A stretch of DNA of 64,000 nucleotides, from positions 100 through 64,099 of the forward strand of contig JBMQEM010000112.1 of NCBI GenBank assembly GCA_049363815.1, in the 5' to 3' direction. A program made the translations under genes and the position numbers. Under the pieces are notes generated by a model. That model saw nothing but the letters and a program-made list of their open reading frames with translations. It had not been told where the DNA came from and did not search any database. Below, one piece after another: positions 37,380 through 46,433 of this stretch. The stretch is from Bacteroidota bacterium (GTDB taxonomy: Bacteria; Bacteroidota; Bacteroidia; AKYH767-A; 2013-40CM-41-45). Each line of letters starts with the position of its first letter. The first letter of the stretch is position 1.

Positions 37380-38807
37380 ATGTCAGACCTCTACAGTGAA
37401 GATCTTGCTCCTATACCACAGGAGAAAAGATCCTGGAATACGTGGAATTATGCTGCTTTATGGATAAGTATGTCGTTATGTATTCCGACATATATGCTTG
37501 CCAGTTCTTTGATTGGCGGTGGAATGAACTGGTGGCAGGCTATTCTTACTATCTTTCTTGGGAATACCATAGTCCTGCTTCCAATGATCTTAAACGGACA
37601 CGCAGGAGCAAAATTTGGAATTCCTTTTCCGGTTTTGGCGAGAGCAAGTTTCGGCACCAGAGGAGCTAACATTCCAGCTATGTTGCGCGCAATAGTTGCC
37701 TGCGGATGGTTTGGGATACAGACATGGATTGGTGGATTTGCTTTATACCAGATGTGGAAAGTCTGGATGCCATCTGTTGCAGAGTTACCACAAATTTTTC
37801 CTCCATCTTTCGGACTGGAAACCGGTCCTGCAATTAGCTTCTTTATTTTCTGGCTTCTCAATATGTATGTTGTGAAATTAGGAGTCGACAGTATTAAGAA
37901 GCTACTTATCTTTAAAGCATTCTTTCTTCCTATAGCTGCACTTGCATTATTGTTCTGGGCAATTTCTGCAGGAAACGGATTAGGACCGATCTTATCACAG
38001 CCATCTAAGTTTTCAACGAATGCAGAATTCTGGAAATATTTTTTTCCCGGACTAACGGGAATGGTGGGCTACTGGGCGACTTTGTCATTGAATATTCCGG
38101 ACTTTACAAGATATGCGAAAAGTCAGAAAGCTCAGATCATGGGACAGGCAATTGGCTTACCCACATCAATGACATTATTTTCATTCATCGGGGTGGTAGT
38201 TACTTCTGCAACAGTGATCATTTACGGTGAAATGATCTGGGATCCATTGGTACTAGCAGGAAAATTTACAAGTAAAGCCCTGGTAAGTTTTGCTATGATC
38301 GCTGTAGCACTTTCCACACTGGCAACCAATATTGCTGCAAACATTGTAAGTCCTGCAAATGATTTTGCCAACCTGTCGCCTTCGAAGATCACTTTTACTA
38401 CAGGAGGATACATAACAGGAGTAATTGGAATTCTGATCTTCCCATGGAAGCTTATTGCAGATCCCAATGGTTATATTTTCACCTGGCTTATTGCCTACTC
38501 TAGTTTGCTTGGACCCGTTGGCGGAATAATGATCGCAGACTATTTCTATATTAAAAAACAAAATCTGGTAGTCAGTGAATTATATGAAACGCGGGCAAGG
38601 TATACTTTTCAAAATGGTTTCAATCGTTCTGCTATCATAGCACTTTTAATTGGCATCATACCGAACATTCCCGGATTTCTGGTTACCATTCATGTGATCC
38701 CGACGGAAAACGTGTATGAATGGATCTCCGGACTATACAATTATGCATGGTTTGTAGGATTTGCAGTTTCGTTTTTTTTTTATCTTTTATTAAACAAGAA
38801 GGTTTAA
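37380..38807 (+). CDS. NCS1-family nucleobase:cation symporter (uracil/allantoin/cytosine permease type)
   Basis: DLAPIPQEKRSWNTWNYAALWISM N-terminal signature and 12 TM helices. Confidence 0.85.
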   Translation: MSDLYSEDLAPIPQEKRSWNTWNYAALWISMSLCIPTYMLASSLIGGGMNWWQAILTIFLGNTIVLLPMILNGHAGAKFGIPFPVLARASFGTRGANIPAMLRAIVACGWFGIQTWIGGFALYQMWKVWMPSVAELPQIFPPSFGLETGPAISFFIFWLLNMYVVKLGVDSIKKLLIFKAFFLPIAALALLFWAISAGNGLGPILSQPSKFSTNAEFWKYFFPGLTGMVGYWATLSLNIPDFTRYAKSQKAQIMGQAIGLPTSMTLFSFIGVVVTSATVIIYGEMIWDPLVLAGKFTSKALVSFAMIAVALSTLATNIAANIVSPANDFANLSPSKITFTTGGYITGVIGILIFPWKLIADPNGYIFTWLIAYSSLLGPVGGIMIADYFYIKKQNLVVSELYETRARYTFQNGFNRSAIIALLIGIIPNIPGFLVTIHVIPTENVYEWISGLYNYAWFVGFAVSFFFYLLLNKKV

Positions 38808-38875
38808 TGTTCAATGTTTAAAATTAAAAAAAGGGATAAAAAAAAGAAAATTAAACTTTCAACCTTTTATAAACT

Positions 38876-39832
38876 CTATCCATTCTTAACTTTAATGATC
38901 TCCCCTGCAATACTGACAGCAATTTCCATGGGAGTCTGGCTTTTTATTGAAAGGCCTATTGGCGAATGAATTTTTTCAAGACGCTTTAAATTCAGTCCGT
39001 CCTTCTTCCATTCTTTAAAAAGTTCATCCATTTTAGACTGACTGCCGAGTACGCCAATATATTTAAAATCTTTATTGATCAATGCACGCAGGGCTAGATT
39101 ATCACTTCTATATCCGAATGTCATAATTGCGACATATACATTATCACCACCAGTAATCAATTCTGTTAATTCAGAATAATCGTTAACAAATGTTTTTTGA
39201 TTAACGAAGTTATTATCATGCATGGTATTCAATTCAGACCTGTCATCATAAATATGAATATAGAAATCAAGTTTAGACATCAACTCAGAAAAAGCCAGTC
39301 CACAATGACCGCCGCCAATAATATGCAAGACATTTTTATAACCGGTCCGCTCCCTGTACTTCCAGTCGCTTTCACTTTTCATTTCGAAAAAATAATTTTC
39401 CTTAACAGGGACAATAGAAAATTGAATACCGATAGGGCTTAATGTCAAGGTTCCATGATGGCATCTTTGTAATGAGTCAATAAGTAATTTAACAGTATCG
39501 CTGTCTTCACTTTTTATTGGCGCAAGGTAGATTGTTTGTTCACCAGAACAGATCATTCCGCTTTGGTTTAACTTTGCGGACTTACTGTGTACTTGCTTTT
39601 TAAGAAGAACATCGTTTTCTTCATCAATCAACCGTTCTTTGGCGAGATCAACAAATTTGTGTTCCATCATACCACCACCGATTGATCCGACCATACGGTC
39701 ATGCGAGATAGCCATTTTGAATCCTCTTCGTCCGGGGCTACTTCCATGACTTTCAAGCACACACATTAGTATTACAGGTGTACCTGTTTCCAGTTGACTT
39801 AGAACAAATTGCCATAGTTTTAATTCTGTCAT
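38876..39832 (-). CDS. xdhC: XdhC-family molybdenum-cofactor insertion chaperone
   Basis: XdhC_CoxI N-domain (GSSPGRRGFKMAI) and a Rossmann-like C-domain (HIIGGGHCGLA). Confidence 0.8.
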   Translation of the reverse strand: MTELKLWQFVLSQLETGTPVILMCVLESHGSSPGRRGFKMAISHDRMVGSIGGGMMEHKFVDLAKERLIDEENDVLLKKQVHSKSAKLNQSGMICSGEQTIYLAPIKSEDSDTVKLLIDSLQRCHHGTLTLSPIGIQFSIVPVKENYFFEMKSESDWKYRERTGYKNVLHIIGGGHCGLAFSELMSKLDFYIHIYDDRSELNTMHDNNFVNQKTFVNDYSELTELITGGDNVYVAIMTFGYRSDNLALRALINKDFKYIGVLGSQSKMDELFKEWKKDGLNLKRLEKIHSPIGLSIKSQTPMEIAVSIAGEIIKVKNG

Positions 39833-39900
39833 AGAAGAATTACATTCAGAAATCGAAATTAATTCTATTTTTGTTTACTACCACAATTATTATCCTCAAG

Positions 39901-41250
39901 ATGTCGAAAAAACTGGCAATTATCAGTGATCATATAGTAACTCCAACCGGGATAATTTCCGGTTGCGTTATCATAGAAAATGGAAAGATCACTGAGATCG
40001 ATTCAGTATTGCCCGGAGATTTTGACGGTCAAGTTGAAATGGTAAAAGGGAATTATGTTATGCCCGGATTGATAGATCCGCATGTCCATATCAATGAGCC
40101 GGGGAGAACAAATTGGGAAGGATTTGAAACAGCAACGATAGCTGCTGCTGCTTCGGGCATTACATTGATGGTTGATATGCCGTTGAACTCCGCTCCTGTT
40201 ACCACCAATGTTGCGAATTTCAAAATGAAACTTGTAGCTGCTGAAAATAAATTAAATGTAAATGTCGGTTTCTGGGGTGGAGTTATTCCGGGAAATGGAA
40301 TGGAACTTGAAGAACTGCTGAAGGCAGGTGTCCTAGGGCTTAAAGCTTTTTTAACACACTCCGGTATCGATGATTTCCCTAATGCAGAACGGGCAGATCT
40401 GAAAAATGCCTTAGTGCTTCTGAAGAAATACAACAAACCACTTCTGGTGCATTGTGAATTGACAGAGCATCATAAAGGAATTGATGTACACAAAAACAAT
40501 CCTGATGACTATATGTCCTATCTGAATTCCCGGCCGAAAGAATGGGAAAACAAGGCGATTGCAATGATGATCGATCTATGCAGAGAAACGGGTGCGCTTG
40601 TGCATATAGTACACTTATCATCTGCTGAAGCATTACCAATGATCAAAGCGGCAAAGGAAGAAGGTTTGAATCTTACAGTAGAAACTGCGCAGCATTATCT
40701 TGTATTTAATGCAGAAGATATTCCGAATGGAAAAACAATTTACAAATGTGCTCCACCAATCAGAGAAAGGGCTAATAATAACAAACTGTGGGATGCGTTA
40801 AAATCAGGGTTGATCGATTTTGTCGCCACTGACCACTCACCGGCTCCACCAGACCTGAAAGAAATTTCCAGTGGAGATCTTTCCAAAGCCTGGGGCGGAA
40901 TTGCAGGGCTGCAGTTTGCACTCTGTTCATTGTGGACAGAAGCAAAAAAAAGAGGATGTACCATTGAGGAAATTGCAAATTGGATGTCATTTTCTCCGGC
41001 AAAATTTCTTGGATTAAATAATAAAGGCAAAATCGAAGCGGAAGCTGACGCCGACTTTTTTATCTGGGATCCTGAAGGGGAGACGATTTTAAATCAGGAA
41101 GACATTCATCACAGACATAAAATTAGTCCTTATGCAGACAAAGTCTTTTCAGGCAAGGTACTTAAGACCTACCTGCGGGGAGAAGTCATTTATGAGAATA
41201 AAAAACTTGTAAATGATCATAAAGGAACTGTTTTGCTCGGAAATTTTTAA
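39901..41250 (+). CDS. allB: allantoinase
   Basis: Cyclic amidohydrolase motifs (GLIDPHVHINEPGRTNWEGF, KAF, VATDHSP). I prefer the ATG at 39901. Confidence 0.85.
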   Translation: MSKKLAIISDHIVTPTGIISGCVIIENGKITEIDSVLPGDFDGQVEMVKGNYVMPGLIDPHVHINEPGRTNWEGFETATIAAAASGITLMVDMPLNSAPVTTNVANFKMKLVAAENKLNVNVGFWGGVIPGNGMELEELLKAGVLGLKAFLTHSGIDDFPNAERADLKNALVLLKKYNKPLLVHCELTEHHKGIDVHKNNPDDYMSYLNSRPKEWENKAIAMMIDLCRETGALVHIVHLSSAEALPMIKAAKEEGLNLTVETAQHYLVFNAEDIPNGKTIYKCAPPIRERANNNKLWDALKSGLIDFVATDHSPAPPDLKEISSGDLSKAWGGIAGLQFALCSLWTEAKKRGCTIEEIANWMSFSPAKFLGLNNKGKIEAEADADFFIWDPEGETILNQEDIHHRHKISPYADKVFSGKVLKTYLRGEVIYENKKLVNDHKGTVLLGNF

Positions 41251-41280
41251 GACATTTACTGCCCTCACAAATTGAAGAAT

Positions 41281-42288
41281 ATGAATGATACAAATTTGCC
41301 TGCTTTTACTAAAATGACCGATCTGGCAGCAGAACGATTAGGAGGAAAAGCACTTTACTGTACCGATGATTTTTTCGCTGAAAAAGAAAACCTGCTTAAA
41401 CCCGGAAGAGGAATTTTTATTGCAGATAAATATACAGACCGTGGAAAATGGATGGATGGATGGGAGTCACGTCGTAAACGTGTTCCCGGGCACGACTGGT
41501 GTGTAATCAGGCTTGCAACAGAAGGAAAAATCTCCGGAGTTGATATTGATACAAATTTTTTTCTGGGTAATCACCCGCCTTATGCATCCTTAGAAGCATG
41601 CAATGCAACAGGCAAAAGCGACGACGAAGTATTGAAAGATAAGACTGAGTGGATTGAGATACTTCCTAAATCTCCTCTGAATCCCGGAAGCCAGAATTTT
41701 TACGAAATAAAAAACAATTCTGCTTTCACTCATATTCGTTTGCATATTTATCCAGATGGGGGTGTTGCCCGGCTGAAAGTATATGGTGATGTCAGTAAAA
41801 ACTGGTCACAGATAAAATCAGAAGAACAGATCGATCTTGCAGCTGCTATTAACGGTGCAAGGTCAGTCTTGTGTAATGACATGTTCTTCTCGCACATGGA
41901 TAATCTAATTATGCCCGGAAGAGGAATTAATATGGGTGATGGCTGGGAAACAAAACGAAACAGAACACCGAATAATAAGGACTGGGTAATCGTCAGACTT
42001 GCACATAAAGGAACGATTGATAAGATCCGGGTAGATACATGTCACTTCAAAGGAAACTATCCCGATAGTTGTCTGATCGAAGGTTGCTCGATAGATCTTG
42101 CGTCAGAAGAAAAATTAAGTTCCGCTGATATACAATGGTCAACAATTTTACCACAGACAAAATTACAAGCTGACCATGAACATTATTTTGAAGGAATTAC
42201 AAACAAGGGGCCGTTTACTCATGTCAGACTTACGATCTTCCCTGACGGAGGAGTCAGCAGAATGAGATTGTTTGGAAAGAAAGCATAA
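41281..42288 (+). CDS. alc: allantoicase
   Basis: Two allantoicase repeats (GWESRRKR...YPDGGVARLKVYG and GWETKRNR...FPDGGVSRMRLFG). Confidence 0.88.
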   Translation: MNDTNLPAFTKMTDLAAERLGGKALYCTDDFFAEKENLLKPGRGIFIADKYTDRGKWMDGWESRRKRVPGHDWCVIRLATEGKISGVDIDTNFFLGNHPPYASLEACNATGKSDDEVLKDKTEWIEILPKSPLNPGSQNFYEIKNNSAFTHIRLHIYPDGGVARLKVYGDVSKNWSQIKSEEQIDLAAAINGARSVLCNDMFFSHMDNLIMPGRGINMGDGWETKRNRTPNNKDWVIVRLAHKGTIDKIRVDTCHFKGNYPDSCLIEGCSIDLASEEKLSSADIQWSTILPQTKLQADHEHYFEGITNKGPFTHVRLTIFPDGGVSRMRLFGKKA

Positions 42289-42289
42289 G

Positions 42290-42790
42290 ATGACAATAAA
42301 AGAATTCAATCAACTCGATGCAGAAGTTGCAAAAGAGGAAATATTCAAGTGCTGCGGTTGCACCAACTGGGCTGTAAAGCTGGTTGACAATCGTCCTTTT
42401 ACTTCGGTAGATGACCTGCGGATCACTTCGGACACGGTCTGGATTTCCTGTAAGCAACAGGATTGGCTGGAAGCATTTACACATCATCCTAAGATTGGTG
42501 ATAAAGATTCATTAAAGAAAAAATTTGCTACCAAAGAATGGGCGTCCAATGAACAGTCCGGCGTGAATGAAGCAAGTGATGAAATTCTAGAGGAGCTATC
42601 AAGAGGAAATTCTGATTACGAAAAAAAATTTGGTTTTATCTTCATTGTATGTGCGACCGGAAAATCTGCAGGTCAGATGCTGGAGTTGCTTAAGAAAAGA
42701 CTACAAAATACTCCGGAACAGGAAATAAAAATTGCTGCCGGTGAACAAAACAAGATCACACACCTCAGAATAAACAAACTATTTTCATGA
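42290..42790 (+). CDS. uraD: 2-oxo-4-hydroxy-4-carboxy-5-ureidoimidazoline (OHCU) decarboxylase
   Basis: HPKIG motif plus EQ..........IFIVCATG pattern. The ATG at 42290 directly follows the alc stop. Confidence 0.85.
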   Translation: MTIKEFNQLDAEVAKEEIFKCCGCTNWAVKLVDNRPFTSVDDLRITSDTVWISCKQQDWLEAFTHHPKIGDKDSLKKKFATKEWASNEQSGVNEASDEILEELSRGNSDYEKKFGFIFIVCATGKSAGQMLELLKKRLQNTPEQEIKIAAGEQNKITHLRINKLFS

Positions 42791-43125
42791 GCCAGTTAAC
42801 AACACACATTCTAGATACTTCACTTGGCAAACCAGCTAAAGGGATACGAATACATCTTGAGCAAAACTTGTCAGGAAAGTGGTCACTGATATCATCAGGA
42901 GTAACAAACGAGGATGGCAGGATCAGTGATCTGCTTGCAAAAGAAATAAAACTCGCATTTGGAATTTACAGAATGATATTTGATGTCAAACCGTATTTTG
43001 AAAAACAAAACATAAAAAGTTTTTATCCAAGTGTAACAGTTGAATTTGAGATCAGTGAAGATTCTCACTATCACATACCGTTGCTGCTTAATCCATTTGG
43101 GTATTCTACATATCGGGGAAGCTAA
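42787..43125 (+). CDS. uraH: 5-hydroxyisourate hydrolase (transthyretin-like)
   Basis: HILDTSLGKPA N-terminus and the diagnostic C-terminal YSTYRGS. ATGA overlap with uraD. Confidence 0.92.
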   Translation: MSQLTTHILDTSLGKPAKGIRIHLEQNLSGKWSLISSGVTNEDGRISDLLAKEIKLAFGIYRMIFDVKPYFEKQNIKSFYPSVTVEFEISEDSHYHIPLLLNPFGYSTYRGS

Positions 43126-43177
43126 ATGAGGAGAGAGAGAGAGGGAGAGAGAGAGAGAGGGAGTGTGGAGGGAGAAA
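43126..43177 (+). repeat. cytosine-free (GA)n microsatellite-like tract
   Basis: ATGAGGAGAGAGAGAGAGGGAGAGAGAGAGAGAGGGAGTGTGGAGGGAGAAA begins at the first nucleotide after the uraH stop codon and contains no C. Confidence 0.9.
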
Positions 43178-43324
43178 CAGGGTGAGAGTTGCTACATTCT
43201 GATGTTAATTTCTTACCATGTCACCTGAATTCTTATTTCGAATTCAATTACGAATTCTGAATTACAAATCAAGAATTATCAACTAAAGAAAATAAGATCT
43301 ACTATTAAATTAAACAAGTAACAA

Positions 43325-44752
43325 ATGAAGCTTTCAATACCGACAGAAGCAAAAGAGAGTGTTTTAAATGAATTGCAGGTAGCGAACCTAGCCTTTCAGA
43401 AAGTTTATCCGGGAGAAAATTCTGACCGACAGCCGGTTCATACCGTATATGGCGGAGCGAATCTATTTAAATCCGACACCACTGTAAAAATGGGACAAAT
43501 TGCCCTGAAGAGTTTTAAGACCAATGCACCTAATTTTTCGGTGCTTGCAAAGGTTTTAGAACTGACAGGACATGAAACGTTGCCGACAACGGTTTCAGAT
43601 ATTCAGATTCTGGAAAGCAGACTAGATAAAATGTCAGATGACGACAGAAAAAAGGAAAGCGCCTGGTTACCTTACACAGTATATAAAAAGATCTCTGCTA
43701 AACTTGAACGCGAGGCTGTTGAGGATTTCAGAATAGATTTTGAAGATGGATTTGGAAACCGTCCGGACAAGGAAGAAGACGAAACTGCTGTGAATGCAGC
43801 CAAGGAACTTGCAAAGGGCATGAAAGATAAAACGGTTTCACCATTTATTGGTATCCGTATCAAACCATTCACAGAAGACCTGAAAGCAAGAGGGATCCGA
43901 ACACTTGATATTTTTATTACTACCCTGCTTGAAAATTCAGGAAATAAAATTCCTGAAAATTTTGTTGTAATGTTACCTAAGGTGACCATTCCACAACAGA
44001 TAGAAGCATTGGTAAAACTATTTGAAGCACTTGAAAAGGTACACAACCTTCCGGCCGGCACATTGAAAATGGAAATGATGGTTGAAGCTACGCAGGCAGT
44101 TATGGATGAAGATGGAAAAAACCCATTGCTTCGACTGATCAGAGCCGGAAAAGGGCGATGTATTGCAGCGCACTTCGGAACGTACGATTATACTGCCTCA
44201 TGTAACATCACAGCAAAGTTCCAGACAATGGATCATCCTGTTTGTGATTTTGCACATCACATGACAAGAGTTGCATTGGGAGGAACAGGAATCATGCTTT
44301 CTGATGGCGCTACGAATGTTATGCCTGTTGGTCCGCACAGGGGAGAAAATCTTACTCTGGATCAGGAAATTGAAAACAGAAAAGTTGTACATCAGGCATG
44401 GAAACTTGGATATGGTCATACAATGCACTCTCTGATCAACGGTTTTTATCAGGGCTGGGATTTAAATCCGGCGCAGTTACCAATGCGATATGCAGCTACC
44501 TATACTTTTTTTCTTGAAAGCTATGAAGATGCTGCTTTGCGTCTGAAAAATTTTGTAGACAAAGCGGCTCAGGCAACCTTATCAGGCGATGTATTTGATG
44601 ATGCAGCAACAGGACAAGGATTATTGAATTACTTCCTGAAAGCTTTGAATTGTGGAGCCATCACTGAAAAGGAAGCGTTAGCAACCGGCTTAACGATCGA
44701 TGAGATCAGAAGCCGTTCATTTTACAGAATACTTCTTGGTCGCCGTAAATAA
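43325..44752 (+). CDS. uncharacterised malate-synthase / CitE-HpcH-like TIM-barrel protein
   Basis: Ordered motifs: FRIDFEDGFG (cf. DFED/DLED), VVMLPKVT (cf. LPK), GTLKMEMMVEATQAV (cf. GTIK..LIET) and AAHFGTYDYTAS. The gene ends 17 nt before puuD. Confidence 0.55.
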   Translation: MKLSIPTEAKESVLNELQVANLAFQKVYPGENSDRQPVHTVYGGANLFKSDTTVKMGQIALKSFKTNAPNFSVLAKVLELTGHETLPTTVSDIQILESRLDKMSDDDRKKESAWLPYTVYKKISAKLEREAVEDFRIDFEDGFGNRPDKEEDETAVNAAKELAKGMKDKTVSPFIGIRIKPFTEDLKARGIRTLDIFITTLLENSGNKIPENFVVMLPKVTIPQQIEALVKLFEALEKVHNLPAGTLKMEMMVEATQAVMDEDGKNPLLRLIRAGKGRCIAAHFGTYDYTASCNITAKFQTMDHPVCDFAHHMTRVALGGTGIMLSDGATNVMPVGPHRGENLTLDQEIENRKVVHQAWKLGYGHTMHSLINGFYQGWDLNPAQLPMRYAATYTFFLESYEDAALRLKNFVDKAAQATLSGDVFDDAATGQGLLNYFLKALNCGAITEKEALATGLTIDEIRSRSFYRILLGRRK

Positions 44753-44768
44753 TAATTTAGAGCCTGCT

Positions 44769-46166
44769 ATGTCACCTGTTTATCTAGCATTAGGAATTGC
44801 CATTTTGCTTCTGATCACAATCATTGCATTGAATAAAGGCATGTCTGTACTAAGCGGGAAAGACAATTCAGATGAAGCTCGTGCAGCGAGAGGAATATTA
44901 AAACAAAGCCGCACTACCCTATTTTCATTGATGATCTTATCTGCAGGTATTTTTGCCGGCGGACAATTTCTTGCGGGTAGTGGTATGGAAGCCCACATTA
45001 TGGACTGGATGAATTTATTAGTCCGGTGGATCCATGTTGTATTTGGTATTGCATGGATAGGCGCTTCCTTCTATTTTATTTTTCTTGAAAACAGTCTGAA
45101 CAGGACTGAAAATTTGCGTGATGAATTAGCCGGAAACTTATGGGCGATACATGGCGGTGGATTCTATTATGTAGAAAAATACAAAACCGCCCCTGGACAA
45201 CTCCCAAAAAAACTTCACTGGTTTAAGTACGAAGCATATTTCACTTGGCTGTCAGGTTTTGTGTTGTTAAACATTGTCTACTATATGAATGCGAAGTCAT
45301 ATATGATAGACCCTGCAGTACGTGATATAAGTCCAACGGTAGCGATCATGATTGGTCTCGGCAGTATGATCAGTGGCTGGATCATCTATGATCTTTTATG
45401 TAAATCTCCTCTGGTACATAAGAAAAAACTTTTCGCTATAGTAGGCTTTCTTATCGTTGTTCTTTACTCAATAGTCTTAAGTAAATTTCTAAGTGGACGT
45501 GCAGCATTCATGCATATCGGAGCATTGCTGGGAACGATCATGGCAGGAAATGTTTTTTTTACCATCATTCCTTCACAAAAAGAACTGGTTGCAGCAGCAA
45601 CAGAAGGCCGGCCTTTGAATCCCGAGCTGGGGAAAATGGCAGGGCTACGATCATTGCACAACAATTACATTACTTTGCCGGTGATCTTTGTGATGATCAG
45701 CAATCACTTTCCGGTTACATTTGGCCACTCATGGAACTGGGCGATTCTCGCAGGGCTGACCATTGCAAGCGTAGCGGTTCGTCATTACATCAACTTACAT
45801 GAGAAGGGACAAAAAGCTGTCTGGATGATTCCATTTGCGACAATAGCAATATTAGCGCTGATCATTGTTACGGCTCCTGCAAAATTCAAAGGGAAGGACA
45901 ACACACCGGTTCATTTTAGTGAAGTACAAACGATCTTTCAATTACGATGTAATCAGTGCCATTCTTCCAAGCCAACTGATGATGTGCAACTGGTTGCTCC
46001 GAACGGAGTAATGTTCGATAATTATGATCAGATCCACATGATGACAGACAAGATCATGTTGAGGGCTGTGAATACACAATCAATGCCGCAGGGAAATAAA
46101 ACTGGGATGACGGTTGAGGAGAGGGAGGTTATTGGGAGGTGGATACAGCAGGGAGCTGGTAAGTAA
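44769..46166 (+). CDS. puuD: integral-membrane cytochrome-c urate oxidase (PuuD type)
   Basis: About 380-aa polytopic domain (WIHVVFGIAWIGASFYF, HGGGFY) fused to a C-terminal heme-c domain (CNQCHS...MPQGN). I prefer the ATG at 44769. Confidence 0.8.
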   Translation: MSPVYLALGIAILLLITIIALNKGMSVLSGKDNSDEARAARGILKQSRTTLFSLMILSAGIFAGGQFLAGSGMEAHIMDWMNLLVRWIHVVFGIAWIGASFYFIFLENSLNRTENLRDELAGNLWAIHGGGFYYVEKYKTAPGQLPKKLHWFKYEAYFTWLSGFVLLNIVYYMNAKSYMIDPAVRDISPTVAIMIGLGSMISGWIIYDLLCKSPLVHKKKLFAIVGFLIVVLYSIVLSKFLSGRAAFMHIGALLGTIMAGNVFFTIIPSQKELVAAATEGRPLNPELGKMAGLRSLHNNYITLPVIFVMISNHFPVTFGHSWNWAILAGLTIASVAVRHYINLHEKGQKAVWMIPFATIAILALIIVTAPAKFKGKDNTPVHFSEVQTIFQLRCNQCHSSKPTDDVQLVAPNGVMFDNYDQIHMMTDKIMLRAVNTQSMPQGNKTGMTVEEREVIGRWIQQGAGK

Positions 46167-46170
46167 TAAT

Positions 46171-46240
46171 GAAGTGGAATGAAGTGGAATGAAGTGAAAT
46201 GAAGTGGAATGAAGTGGAATGAAGTGGAATGAAGTGGAAT
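46171..46240 (+). repeat. perfect-period decamer tandem repeat (GAAGTGGAAT x7)
   Basis: Seven head-to-tail 10-bp units with one G>A variant (46191-46200). The array starts 5 nt after the puuD stop and has no C on the + strand. Confidence 0.95.
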
Positions 46241-46433
46241 AAAAGTTACAATACCTTTGAAAAATTTGCTCAATTGTCCTAATAAATACTAAGATAAATT
46301 GTAGCTTTAATACCAATCCGATAGTAAACTTCAACAATAACGGTCAGTTTCTTACAGTTTAAGGAAAAGCGGAAACCTTGGGGGTACTCTGGCGAATAAG
46401 AGTATACACACAAGTGGCGGTTTGCCGGATTAT

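Noticed and set aside
46028-46337. ORFs 46028-46273 (-) and 46080-46337 (-) (STSFHFIPLH repeats)
   Set aside because: These are artefacts of reading the GAAGTGGAAT decamer array antisense, and they overlap the well-supported puuD 3' end.
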